A stretch of 64,000 nt of DNA, from the NCBI RefSeq assembly GCF_030144855.1, contig NC_082731.1:25048001-25112000 (forward strand). Reading direction: 5' to 3'. Made by a program: the position numbers and the translations under genes. Source of the DNA: Hypanus sabinus (Eukaryota). Below the pieces are notes generated by a model. The model saw only the letters and a list, made by a program, of their open reading frames with translations, searched no databases and had not been told where the DNA came from. Of the stretch, positions 39,190-52,569 are shown in pieces (the stretch's first letter is position 1; every line of letters starts with the position of its first letter).

Positions 39190-41000
39190 AGATATTGAAT
39201 TGTGAAGAAAGATGTCTGGAATCAAGGCCGCCATTCTTCGCCTGTAACGCGAGAAATGAGAACAGAAGGACGAAGATTATCCGCGGCTATCAGTTCGTTC
39301 CATTTCCGTGCATGTTTATGCAAGTGGGATGTACCAGAGGGATCGAGAAGATTCGAGCAGGGCATATAGAGTTGGAGCATCGAGGTTCTCATCAGTTAAA
39401 AGAGAAGTCAGGCAAAGGCTCGATGGGAATTTGAGGTTACAGCCAGTTGGCCGAAGTCTGGACGAATAGACGCCTGATTTGGGATTGCCCGAATATGTCG
39501 GTAGGAGGGGGAGTTGGAAAGAGGAGAAAAACATTTTATTTTTTGCTCTGCTGCTTTGATGATCTTGCTGGGCAACGTAATGAGTCTGATGAACAAAATT
39601 TATGATCTGAGAAGTAGAGTACTGAATAAGACAGACGTCAGGACCGCGTGTGACTTTTCTTTCATGAAATCCTGGTTGAACCTTTCCGTACCCGAATCTA
39701 CGGGTTTTCTGTACACAGTCAGTATAGATCTATAGATTACACAAAGTATACTGAAGATGCCGTTGTCAAATCAAGACGTACAAACAAGCTGGATGAACTC
39801 AGCAGGTCGGGCAGCGTTCTTTGAAAGGAACTGTCAACGTTTCGGTTCGAGACCGTTTGTCAACACTACACTCGTTTGTCCAGCTTGTTTGTAGGTCTAG
39901 ATCTATAGATTCTCTCCATAGCAGAGGTGGAGGAATATGCATCATGATCAACTCTTCTTGGTGCACAGATGTATCAGGCCTCTCCGAATTCTGCTTACCA
40001 GACCTGCAATATCTAGCAGTTAGGCGCTGTATTTTTCAAATATCACGGGAGTTCTCTGAGGTCATTGTGGTGGTTGTTTACATTCTTCCTCAGGCCAATC
40101 ACTAGCAGTCTTGAGATGATCTGGGCAATGGGATCAACATGAACCAACAACGCCTTTAACATATTTTTTGCAGATTTCAACAGGACATTCTGAGAGAAAA
40201 ATAAAACAACAACAACACATTCAGCAACTACCATCAACAGATGACTTGCAAGACCAGAGGAAACAACGCATTGGACCACTGCTACAACACCATCAAGAAT
40301 GCCTACCGTGCAGTTCTACACCATCTGTTCGGGAAGTATGATCACCTAGATGTACTTCTACTTCCGGAGTACAGACTGAGACTGACGCCGACAGCACTGG
40401 CAGTGAGGAACAAGAAGGTATGGATAAGGGAAGCACAGGAGCGTCAAGAAGTCCGTTTTTAATCGGTGGACTGCACTGTATCTAGGGATTCATCTTCGAA
40501 CTTGAATTAGAATGCTGCATTTGTTACCAACTTCATTAAAACCTGTGTGGATTAGAGTATGCCCACTAGGACTTACTGTACATTTCCAAAACTAAATCCA
40601 AAAGACATCCAATGCACCGCAACTCTGGCAGGGTCTGCAAAAAATTACTTCCTACAAAGTGAACCTAATAGCATGAATGTCAGAAATGTTGTACGGCCAG
40701 ATGAACTCAACGACTTTTAAAGGGACAGTACAACTACAGCTGTGTATATCACAGCTGCACTTGATGACACTGTGATCTCAGTCTCAGAGGCCGATGATAG
40801 GCTCTCTTTAGAGACAGTGAACAATTCCAATGCGGAATGTCCCGATTGAAAACCTGGTGAGGCTCAGAAAACCTGTGCCAAGCAACTAGCGGAGGTATTC
40901 AAGGACATTTTCACCCTTTCAGTGCCACGGGTGGAAGTTCCCACTTGCATCAAAAAGGCAACAATTATACTAATCCCTAAGAAGAATAATGTGGAATATC
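39190..41000 (+). mobile_element. Rex1/Babar-like LINE remnant (APE endonuclease region)
   Basis: LLGNVMSLMNK, RGGGICIMINSSWC and TRGNNALDHCYNTIKNAYR..FGKYDHLDVLLLPEYR motifs. Confidence 0.75.
39739..39897. mobile_element. 159-bp hairpin-forming short element with 14-bp TSD
   Basis: TAGATCTATAGATT flanks both sides (39725-39738 and 39898-39911). Internal inverted arms ACAAACAAGCTGGA / TCCAGCTTGTTTGT. Confidence 0.8.
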
Positions 41001-42400
41001 GGGTGTCCCTGCATCCGACGGCGACAGTCGTCAGGAAATCGGATGCAGACAATAGCTAACGCCGTAGTGAGCTTATTTTGATGCGGTCACTAAGTGCTTG
41101 ATGCGCTCTAAGTAGAATTTGGAGAATCGCTTCGTCAGTGTTGGTTACTACTTGACAAAAAGTAAATTCTCTACTTTAAACATTACAATTAGCAACGATC
41201 TTAAACTTAGTGTTACAGCAGTGCAAAGTACTATACTCATCGAGGGATACATTAGGAAAAAAAAGATCTCAAATTCAAAATCTAACAGAAAAATCGCGTA
41301 ACTTACCAGGCACCTGCAGTCAAGTGAGGATATTGATCCGTATCATTTCGATGGGTAACAATGTCTTCAGTTGTTCCATAATGCGCTGTTCACTGAGGAT
41401 AAGTTTGCGTTCCAATACCGAGATCTAAAGTTACATTTCCAATGGTGACATTGGTAAACATGTCTTCTGTTTCTATAAATGTTTGTCCTTCAAGCACATG
41501 TAGCAAGAAACACTGATTACTGCAGCAAAAAAAAAAACAAGAAGCAATTGTCAGCAGTACTGAAAGCACACGTATTTTATGATACTTCCCAGATTTGTGA
41601 TTTTGTTTACTCTGCAATCTCTCTCTCACATCAATATAATGTTCTCAATGACAATCGAAGCATTCTTTGGTCAGGCATGGTTGGAACTGACCCGGTAGAT
41701 GTTTCTCTCGTACGAACCACTAGCCCAATCAGTATTAACACGTTGGATCCCACAAAACAATTATCATGTTATGGCCTCGTTAAAGTGAATGCTGCTCAAT
41801 AATTGGGCTAGAAAAAAAATGATTGTGTTTCCTTCTATGTCATCTGTTTTCTCCTATTCACGTCAATTCGTCCAGCATGGCAAAATACAAATTTGAATTA
41901 ATATTCTTCCTTTCATAGTCTCACATTGAGAACAGTTTTTTCGGATTACCCTGCAAAGAGGACATTAATGCCGTGGATGTCCTTATAATGGTTTTAGAGA
42001 AATTCAGAACATACCTTCATTCATGGTGAAATTCATCGCAAAAATATGCGATATACCCTGAATGTTGTGTTAAACATAACATTGTTTTTAAAATTTCAGT
42101 TTCCATCCACCATTGCAGTGTACTATTTTTTTTCTCTGTTCACCGAAAAGATCATGGTATCTTTGGCTCATTTGGTTTCTTTACCTGTACAAATCAGAAA
42201 GTTCAGTTTAGACAACGCAGTCTTTAGTAAACATTCCCTTGTGTTCCTTTTAGGTTTCTGAAAATGCTCTTTTCATCAAAACTCTTTGCTAATATGAACA
42301 TAATTATTGAAGATTCATTCAGGTAACAATGAAAAATAATGTATCTGAGGACATATGACTTGCGAGTGAAGTCGAAAGTAAATGGTGATTGTATTTGTAT

Positions 42401-45400
42401 TGTTATGAATGTACCACAGCTCTGAGGGGCCGAAGGGTGCGGGGTAGCCCCCTCCTTTGTGAGAATCGCAAGATCACTGTTGGGTTAGGTCAAGGGGCCC
42501 AGGAAATGAGAAAGAGACGTGCAAAATGTCTCGTTTACCCGGCGATTTAAAGCTACGGGACATGGCCATTGTCTCCGGAAGGCGAAGTTGGGGATTGGAG
42601 ACTATGATACGTGAACGCCCTCAGGCAAAGTGGGCTGGTTGAGGGTGAGATTGCATCACCCCTAACCTGATTGACATCTACGACACTGCGAGTCAGGATA
42701 AAAGAGGGTCTGTAGGAACAGCCCCTCAGACGCAGCAGAACAAACGATTAACGACCACGTAATAGCAGGAAGTCATCTGAAGGAGGCCACGTGCGTTCAG
42801 TTCCGTTGCTGCAACTGGTGGCTGGAACCACGGAAAACGGCTTTTAGCTAACAACGGGGAAACCCACTCCCGTGACTCAACGGATTGGCATCATTAAAGA
42901 CATGGGCAAGTTTAAACCGCCTCTCTTAAAAAAAAAACAAATCGCTGCAGCTTAAACGAACTAACCGTGACTGTTATATTTCAATCGGACAATACATTAT
43001 ACCCTAGACAACGATAGAGCTTTTTCTTATTGGTTATTATTATACTCGCGCTTTAGATTTAGTATTGATGACGTATATTATCTATATGTTTGCATTAATT
43101 TTATGTTTGTGCCCTTTTATCAATAAATACTTTTAAAAGTACTACCATCAACGGACCTCTCTATCTTTGCTGGTAAGTGACGCAGTTACGGGTTTTCGTA
43201 ACAAAATTGGGGTTCTCGTCTCGAGATTTGACACCAAATTGGGAGGCCTGTGAATAGGGCATGTAAGCCCAAACTTGGATCTGGTTACGCGGGCAGCCAG
43301 ACTGGTAACCAGCAATGATTGATGTGGGTGAATTTATAGAAAACCCGACTCTGGAGGCGCTAGAGGCGGCCACCAAATCAGACTTAATAAGTTTGGCGAA
43401 GGGGTTAAACCTCGGAGGGGTGAGGTTATTAATGAAAAAGCGGGAGGTGCGACGGGCAATAACTCTGTATTATATTGGGAAGAATGTGTTTACAGCCGAG
43501 GTATTGGAAAATATACCTGTAGAGGTACCGGCTAGTGGGACGGCTCAGTTAGAGTTGGAGAAATTAAAGTTGGAACATACAATTCAGATAAAGCAGCTGG
43601 AGGCAATTGAGAAAGCGAAGAAAAAGGCAGAGAGAGAGAGAGAAGGAGAGGGAAAGAACCGAGCGAGAGAAAGAGAGGGAGTTTGTGCTCCAGATAAAGG
43701 AGTTAGAGGTGAAGAGAGAGCATGAAATGCGATTAAAGCAGCTTGCGGCAGCTGAGAAAGAGAAACAGAAGAAACATGACTTGGGGATGGAGAAGTTACG
43801 GCAAGAGCCACGAGTTCCGGTGTCAGTCCAAGAGGAGCGGTTCAATGTTAGTCGAGATTTGAGGCTCGTAGCTCCGTTCGAGGAGACGGATGTGAATAGT
43901 TATTTCTTGCTTTTTGAAAAGGTGGCAGTAAATCAGAAGTGGCCTAGGGGACAGTGGGTGGCGCTGTTACAAAATGTGTTATAGGGGAAGGCACAGCAGG
44001 CATATACGGCGTTGGCCATGGAGGAGGAATATAAGGAGAGTTATGACCAAGTCAAGGCGGCCATTCTCCGGAGTTATGAGCTAGTACCTGAAGCATATAG
44101 ACAAAAGTTTAGACAATTTAATGAAAGGGTGGAAGCAGACGTATACCCTGTTTGCCTCTGAGGAGCGTGTGCTCTTGGACCGGTGGTGCACAGCAGAGAG
44201 AGTGAGAGAGGATTATGTGCGTCTCAGGGAGTTAATTCTGATTGGGGAATTTAAAGGTTGTGTTTCGGAGGATATCTGGAAGTATTTGAATGAGAAGCCG
44301 AATAAGTCCATGTCAGAATTTGCTACGTTCGCAGATGAATATGCCCTAACCAACAAGACAAAGTTTTCCTCGAATAAAAGTTTCCAGAGAGACCATGGGA
44401 ACGATCGAGAAAGTCCGGCGGCTGAGGCAGAGGGCCCGCCGGGAGCTAGTGGTAAGGTTGATGGGGAAAGGCCAGACGGCCAGAGATTTCCGGCTTGACC
44501 TGTTTTAATTGTGGAAGCAGGGGGCATATTGCATCTCGGTATTTTGCTCCGAGGAAAGAGACAGGAAAAGGGAAAGCAGCAGTCCCTATCGGATGTGCCA
44601 AGGTAATCAGTAAATCGACCAGGGAGCCCACGGTAGACAGAGTACGAGAAAGGTCTGAGACATGTCTGTCACACGGAACCGTGTCTGTGAGGGAGGGGAA
44701 CATACCAGTTCCCGTACGGATCTGGAGAGACACGGGGGCTGAGCTGTCGTTGATCAGCAGTAAAGTACTAGAGTTTGGTCGCAAGACAAGAATGGTAGAT
44801 GTGCAGAGAATACGTAAAGAGACAGAAATGGTGCCCTTAAATAAGGTCATCATGGATTGCGAGCTGGTATCTGTAACAGTTGAAATAGGGTTGCGATCAG
44901 AATTCCCGAGAACTGACGCGGACATCATTGTCGGTAACTATTTAACAGGTGGTAAGTTTTGGGAGGCCATGATGCCGACACTCCGGCCGGTGAGGGCTGT
45001 GGCCCCCACCCCTAGATTCCAAGATCTATCCCGCATGCGCGGTCACTCGCAGTATGTCCAGAGAGGCAGCTGAGAACGAGAGCAGTTTAAATCTGGCCGT
45101 TTTTGATTTGGCCGACCCTGTACCACGACGGTTTAGAGGGTGGTAAAACGAACAGTAGTAAAGTGAAAGAGGGTAAGGGAGTGAAGGTAGATCTGCGCAT
45201 AGCGAGGAGAAAGGTCCTAGAGACAGAAAATAAAGATGAGGAACCGATAGAGCGGTGAAGAGGTCCAGAGTTGGACAGGGATGATCTGTCTGGTTTGGCA
45301 GAACTGTTTGAAGAATTTGAAAATTCTAAAGGTGTTCCCGAGAATGAAATGAGGGTAGTCCCAGATGAAAAGGGTGTCCTTGCCTCGAAGAACTCTGCTG

Positions 45401-47384
45401 GGTTGGCAGATGAGGTTGTTTCAGCCCGCGGGGTTGAGTTTACTCCGGAAGGGTGTTGCCAGGAGAGTACCTGGGAGGATCGCAGGGAACTTAGAATTTG
45501 AAAAGGGTACGGGTATTGAAAGCCTGGAAGAGGCCAATATCCTGTTTGAGTGTGTCCAAGAATGGGATGCACGTGGTACTGAACTTAGTAACGGAGCTCA
45601 GAAAAAGTCTGAGGTATTTGATTCAATGGAACGAGACGGCCGTCCTTATGGGTCAGATAGATTTGGTTCAGTGAAGAAAGGGTTAACCTTGGTAATAGTG
45701 GGAAGTGAGAGTTGCCAGGTGTTTGTGCTCGAAGGTGTGTTAAAAGTTAATGCGGGGTTCAAAAATGGGGAGATAAATATTATCATTGAAGGAAACGGGA
45801 AATCTGTAGTTCCCAAATCGAACGAAGACATTTTAAACCCTGCAGATCGCTTACCGATTAAGCCGGGAGATGACGGGGCTCCCCACGCTATTGTTATTCC
45901 AGAGTGTGGTGTCAAAAGGCAGAATTTGAAATGCTGCTTGAGCAAAGAGGTCGAACTGAAAGCACATAGCCTGAAGGGTCCTGAAGAGCGGGCGAGCCAC
46001 CTGTGTAAAGTTAAAGAGATGGGTGGAAATTCAGAAGTTGGTTTAAGTTTGGGACACGGTGTTGATAAAATAATTCCTATGGAAAAGGCGGGCAAAGGTT
46101 AATCTCGCCACATTACCCAAGCTCCCCACGTGGGATCTCACCGCAAAAGAGGCGACGGTTAATGGGGACTCCATTTTTAATTAGCAAAGCCTGTTGTACG
46201 GGATTTTGACAAAGCTTGTGAATAACAAAGACAACCCCCTGGAAGCCTGCCTGATAATTTTGAAAACGACCGAAAGATTAGTATTTTCATAAGCTTTTGT
46301 GGTTGCGCGTAAGCTAAGATCACACCTCGTTAGTTTTGTTGCTGAAGGAAAGAAATAAAAATACGTGGTTATTAAATTGAAGTCTGATGCTGCAAGACTT
46401 AAGTACGGTTCAAAATGTTAAGATATTAAAGAATCGTTGGCTGTTTACATACTGAATTGAATGTATAACTGTATTACTCTGTAAATAACAATTTTGTATT
46501 GTGTTAGATTCTAAAACCCTTTAAGACTCTGTACTACTTCGTTTTCACCGCTGATGAAAATGCTTTGAAGAAAGGGGTGTTATGAATGTCCCACATCTCT
46601 GAGGGGCCGAAAGGTGTGGGGTAGCCCCCTCCTTTGTGAGAATCGCAAGATCACTGTTGGGTTGGGTCTGGGGGCCCAGGAAATGAGAGAGAGACGTGCA
46701 GAATTTCTCGTTTCCCCGGCGATGTAAAGCTACGGGACATGTTCATTGACTCCGGAAGGCGAAGTTGTGGATTGGACACTATGCTACGTTAACGCCCTCA
46801 AAAAAAAGTGGGCTGGCTGAGGGAGAGATTGCATTACCCCCAACCTGATTGACATCTACGACCTTGCGAGTCAGGATAAAAGCGGGTCTGTAGGAACAGC
46901 CCGTCAGACGCACCAGAAGAAACGTTAAGCGAACACGTAATAGCTGGAAGTCATCTGAAGGGGGCCACGTGCGTTCAGTTCCGTTTCTGCAACTGGTGTC
47001 TGGAACCACGGAAAACGGCTTTTAGCTTACAACGGGGAAACCCACTCCCATGACTCAACGGATTGGCATCATTAAAGACCTGGGCAAGTTTAAACCGCCT
47101 CTCTAAAAATCTAAAACGCTGCACCTTGAACGAACTAACAGTGACTGTGATAATTCCATCGGACAATATATTATCCCCTAGACAACGATAGAGCTATTTC
47201 TTATTGGTTATTATTATACCCGCGCTTTAGATTTAGTATTGACGACGGATATTATCTGTATGTTTGGATTAATCTTATTTTTGTGTCCCTTTATCAATAA
47301 ATACTTTTAAAAATAGTACCATCAGACTTCAACGGACCTCTCTATCTTTGCTGGTAAGTGACCCAGTTACGGGGTTTCGTAACA
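42401..47384 (+). mobile_element. Non-autonomous Gmr1-like Gypsy LTR retrotransposon
   Basis: LTRs 42401-43203 and 46578-47384 (TGTTA...TAACA), 4-bp TSD GTAT, degenerate tRNA-Pro-like PBS TGGGGTTCTCGTC at about 43208, and PPT GAAGAAAGGGG at 46567-46577. Confidence 0.92.
43315..45073 (+). pseudogene. Frameshifted gag (SCAN-like capsid, CCHC knuckle) and aspartic protease of the LTR element
   Basis: MIDVGEFIENPT..., YFLLFEKVA..KWP..W, RLRELILIGEFK (SCAN-like), CFNCGSRGH and RDTGAELSLI. Several frameshifts. Confidence 0.85.
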
Positions 47385-47389
47385 GTATA

Positions 47390-47830
47390 CTTTGGATCCA
47401 CCGCCTCCCTACTTTCTTAATAAGCTTGCATGGGGTATCTTATCGAGTGTCTTGCTGAAAACTATATACACAACATCTACTCTTCCAGCTTCAGCAATGT
47501 GTTCAGTCACATCCGCAAAAAAATCAATCAGGCTCATCATGCATGACCATCCTTTGACAAAGCCATGCCAGCAATCCGTAATCATATTATCCATCTTCAA
47601 ATCTCCAACATCATTTCTCTCGGGATTCTTTCCATCAATTAACCGACCACTGAAGTAAGACTCACTGGTCTAAATTCTTGGGCTATGTTTGCACCATTTC
47701 CTGAATTATGGATCAATATCTGCAACCATCCAGATCAGCGGAAACTCTTTGATCACTATTGATAATGCACATTTCATCGCTGGAGGCTCAGCAATTTCCC
47801 ACATCTCCTCTGATACCGTTGGCATAGGCA
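47390..47830 (-). mobile_element. CR1-like RT fragment
   Basis: HGFVKGWSCMMSLIDFF...VDVVYIVFSKTLDKIPH. Confidence 0.75.
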
Positions 47831-50800
47831 ACTTTTACGTTCTGTTCATATTGTATACCTTCACAATATGAACCGGCTAAATTTTCACCCATCCCAAGAA
47901 CCCACTCATAACAAGCGTCTATACCAAATTGTGAACACAGATCTATTTAGAATGTATACATAGCCTTTCTGACATTAATAAATTCGTGATTAATCCTTAA
48001 ATAATGTTTCAGGCATCTAAAACCCTTTTTCAATAGATACGGGTCAAATTTTACCCGAAACAGCCTCAATGAACAGAAAAAAATGGAGCCCATGTACAAA
48101 GGTAGAAAATATTTAAATTTTGGTCGATTTAGCAGACGTCATCAAATTTAAGCTAAACCATGGCATTTAGGGTGTTTTTACTGCTGCCAAATGTCAAAAC
48201 GGTTCAAATTGGACCGAACAGTATTTATCTCCTCCTATCTCCTTCGTTTCCATGCACACTTTTCCACTGTCACACTTGATTGTTCCTATTTTCTCACGTG
48301 TTATGTGCCGAACGCAGAGAACTCGGAAAAGATGATTGATGAGTTGGCATGGAGCAAAATACTAGAGCAACACGGCGGATAAGGCAGTTTCCATGAAAAT
48401 GAACAAATAGTTGACGCTTCAAGTTAAATATGTTGTCGCGCTATACGATGCTTCAGCTCTGTCACTCTATGCATCATTTTTAACAAGAAGATTTACTGCA
48501 CCAAGTGATTTACAACCCATATGCAATAATTAGTGATCACGACTTACATGATAAATCCGTGTTTAATTGTCGTATTGGCAGTGAAGACGTTGGGGAATTT
48601 GAGCCTCATGCAACATCAACATTCCTTGGCCTGGATATTAAACGGTGGAGTGTATTATGACTACAGATTGTGCGAAGTATTGTATGGGTCTGTATAATAT
48701 GAAGAAGGTCTGGTTGAAATGTGTTTGGGCTTACGTTATCAGTGACTGACCCTGGTTTCGAGGGAGAGACCGTCACACATCGCGACATTCCTCAGGCATC
48801 CGCGACCGAGGGGGCAGCAGCAGCCAGTCTAGATTATTCATGGGAAACAAAATTCAAACTTGCACTGGGAAAGTTTGTATGCTGAAACGATGATTTCTAA
48901 CTCATCGCATGTGGTGATATTGATTTAACTGTCCGCAACGCATGTTATTCAAAATGATATTTCAGGACACATCCATTTTGAATATCTGCGGAAACTATCA
49001 CCCCAGCGGGCTAATACTGCATCAAACTGCTCTTCAAAACTACTTTAATTCCGTTTCTCTCTGCGGGTGGTCTTATTTATGTGGTGAATCACCACATCTC
49101 GATAATGGCGCGATACTTTTATGTTAAAACCTTATGCTAGATACTTTATGTTAAAACTAATTTCGACAACAATATTCACTTACAACTCACAGACGATATC
49201 GTAATTACAGTCTACTGTATTCCAATAAAATTATAAATTAAAAAGTATGTTCAAACGAGTAGCATTATGTAGGAACTAAATAAATAGGTGAACGAGTTCG
49301 AGATGCAAAAATGGAAATGTAAGTAATAATTATGGTTTCATATAAGTGCTACCCCTTTTTGCTATTATTCTCCTTGTCGGTCTTAAAAGTGCCCATTGCT
49401 TTCCAACATTAATACTGTTTTGATGCCAATTGATATTATCAGAAGGAAGTGAAACTCAGTCACGGAATTTCACACAGGTTGGCCAATAGCTTTTACGGAC
49501 AGCGATGCCAGATAACAAAATTAATGTTATGAGCACTGGCTCTAAGAACCCAAATAGATTAGATTAGATTATGAGAACTCTCAGTTCTCGTTTATTGCCA
49601 TTTAGTAATGCATGCATGCATTAACAAATGGTACAATGTTCCTCCAGAGTGATATCACAAAATAAAAAAAGGACAAACCAAAGACTCACACTGACAAAAC
49701 CAGTTAATTATAGTATATATTTACAGATGTGCAAAGTAATACCATAATTTGATAAAAACAAACCATCGGTATGGTTTTTAAAAAGTCTCACGTCCCGATC
49801 GTCTTCAATAGTCCCTATATCCGGCAGCAAAAGGGACAACCTCTCCCTGCCATAAACTTCCAGACACTGACAACTAACGCCTTGGAAGTACCCGACGACA
49901 GCAGACTCCGTATTTTCAAACAGAAACGATAATTACGCTTGGAATTCGGAAAATGATAGTTTAGTCAGCTCAATTTTTTTTCTAAATCTGAGTATTGTTT
50001 GGGGCGTTATGCAGGCTAGAGCTGGGATTCTCTACGTAATAAGGATTTCCCTACAGTTTAAATCAGCAAGTCAAAACACAAATCAAAGGCAATGGTGTTC
50101 CCACAGTCTTGATTCTAACAGGACTAGGTTGTTACAGTTCACACATTTCATTTCCTCACTGCCGAATGTACTCGGATGTTTCCGTCTTTCCCAAAAATCG
50201 TTTTAGTAAATAGCCATCAGGAACGAAGGATCCACCTTTTCAATGTATTATTCCAGATCGCACACTGTTCTGCAGCCGGTAACAGGATGCACATCCGTTG
50301 AACTGTTACATTTTCACACTCTGACTCACTGAGAACCTGGAAATGCTTAGGATTGCAGATATTATATATTGATCCAACCTGATGCATTCACGGTACGAGA
50401 GAGTCAAGGAAAACTATGGATTCATTAATATATATTCGCGAGTCGGAAATGAATAGAATGTTTTGTTTTCGACTATACAACATGAGTGAATTTGCTTTTC
50501 ATTGTGCTTTTTCAGCAATTATGATCAACGTTAATCCGCTTTGGTGCAGCTGTTGTATGACATATTGATTGCATTTGATGAGTTTCCTGTGTTAAAGGGA
50601 ACAAGTCGATTGGGACTGACAGGGTGACGTTGATTTTTAATAGCTGGCATAACTTGGCAATGGATGATGATGGATGCTGTTCAGGTTGTCTTGGAAATCG
50701 TCTTTGTACCGGCGAAACTAAGAGTCGATTCAGTGTGCATGATGGTATACATACTGTGCATATGAAACTTGTTGAAGTCACGGCATGTAGGTACCTGAAC

Positions 50801-51775
50801 ACCTTACTTCTCTCAAGATGTCCCCGGAAATATTACAGAATCAATTCATTTTGGTTCCATCAAAATGAGAGAGTTTATTTCCAAAGGGATTTCTTGAAAT
50901 TTTTAGAGGATATATTTGCAGACTAAGCCGCGTTTGCTACAGTATCCACATGACAGAAGGGGGGACATACCACGAGAGTGGAAAAAAAAACTGACAATGT
51001 TGATGGGTAATTCTGCTGGTTTTGCCACCTCGGCCCACATCCTAAAAATGCGCAAATAAACGATTTTAGGGTAATAAGAACAGCGACCATTAATTCAAAT
51101 AAATAGACTGGGTATTTGACATTTCAGCGGTCGTTTGGTTGTCATTAGAGTGAGCCAGAAATTATTTATTCATCGTGCTGCAGAGAGACTATTGTCATGA
51201 TCGGGTGTTAGAGTCTACGATGTAATTGAAATCACAAGGCGGAGAAGCGTGCACGTTATCAATCACAGGTTTCTCAAAAAGTCTGATATGGGAGATTTTG
51301 AATTTTGAATATAAATCTTCAATTTTTAAGCAAGGCTCTATTTGCAACCGGAGCATCCAAAACTTTTTATGCCATGGAGCACCACCATTCATCAAGGAGA
51401 CTGTGGAACCTAGACTGGGAAATCTTTCTGTGGAAGGACTGCAATGTCCTTTTTATTTTAATCATCCGCATCCATCATTTCTAGCAGTGCGTTCGAGGCA
51501 TAAGTGTTAACTGAATTCAACGTCTATTTCTAAGAACGCATCTGGGTTTTATGTTTTGTTGTGGAAATCGATATGCATTTCTTCCATTCCATAAATATAT
51601 CATTGTGATGCTGATTAATGCATCTGCCAAGTGCGCTAGTCCATTGAGTCGGGGTAAGAAAACCCATGTGTACCAAGGTCGAACAATATGCGATTACTAT
51701 CCGTTATGAGTTAATCACCAGTATGGATGTTTCACGTTTATTCAGGAACCGTAACGTGAAAGGTTAGTTTACCTA

Positions 51776-51904
51776 GCAACACACACAACATGCTGGTAGA
51801 ACACAGCAGGCCAGGCAGCATCTATAGGGGAATCAGTGTCGACAGTGCTTCTCCTATAGATGCTGCCTCCCTGCTCTGTTCCATCAACATTTTGTGTGTG
51901 TTGC
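51776..51904. repeat. Palindromic short element (about 52-bp imperfect inverted arms)
   Basis: GCAACACACACAACATGCTGG...GCAGCATCTATAGG (51776-51828) pairs with CCTATAGATGCTGC...TTTTGTGTGTGTTGC (51853-51904). Confidence 0.85.
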
Positions 51905-52569
51905 GTGAATTTCCAGCATCTGCAGATTTCCTCGTGTTTGCGGGTTAGGTTACATGCCGGTTGAAAGCCGCTTCTACTGTGCCGGTTGTTGATTGGTTTA
52001 TCTGTTAGATGGACGCATCATCTATTTCCCTTTGGCTTCCCAGCTCGCTGTGGCAGTAGTGTCCGGATTATTGCGAGTCGGTGGAATTAGAAAAACACGT
52101 GCAAGAGACTCACTTGTTTTCTTTTATCTCCACGGGATCATCTTCACACTGAGGTTGTGAACAGTGCAAATGTACTGGAAAAGTATTCTTCGGATAAAGG
52201 GCGGCCCATGCGCACACTTAGGTCAGTGTATGTTTAATATCTAGCTCTTTAATTTTAAGTACTGGGGAAACTTTATGATATACCTGTTGAGTTTGAAGTA
52301 TCACTGACTATTAAGTGCCGCAATGTATTTAACATATGGAGAGTTAGATGTTTTTACTCTTGGTCTAAAAGAAGTTTTCCACTTGCTTATTCAAAATCCG
52401 TCTCTGCTGTGTGACTCAGCAAACCTCTGGGCATGCTTCCACTCGTAACTGTAGGGTGTAAACAAGATCCAGTTCACATCCTCTCAGTCACCCTGTGATC
52501 TGAAACTGTTATTCTCATTTCACGTGTTGCAGGTAGAGCGAATGAATGCAAACGACAAATTAATGATCA

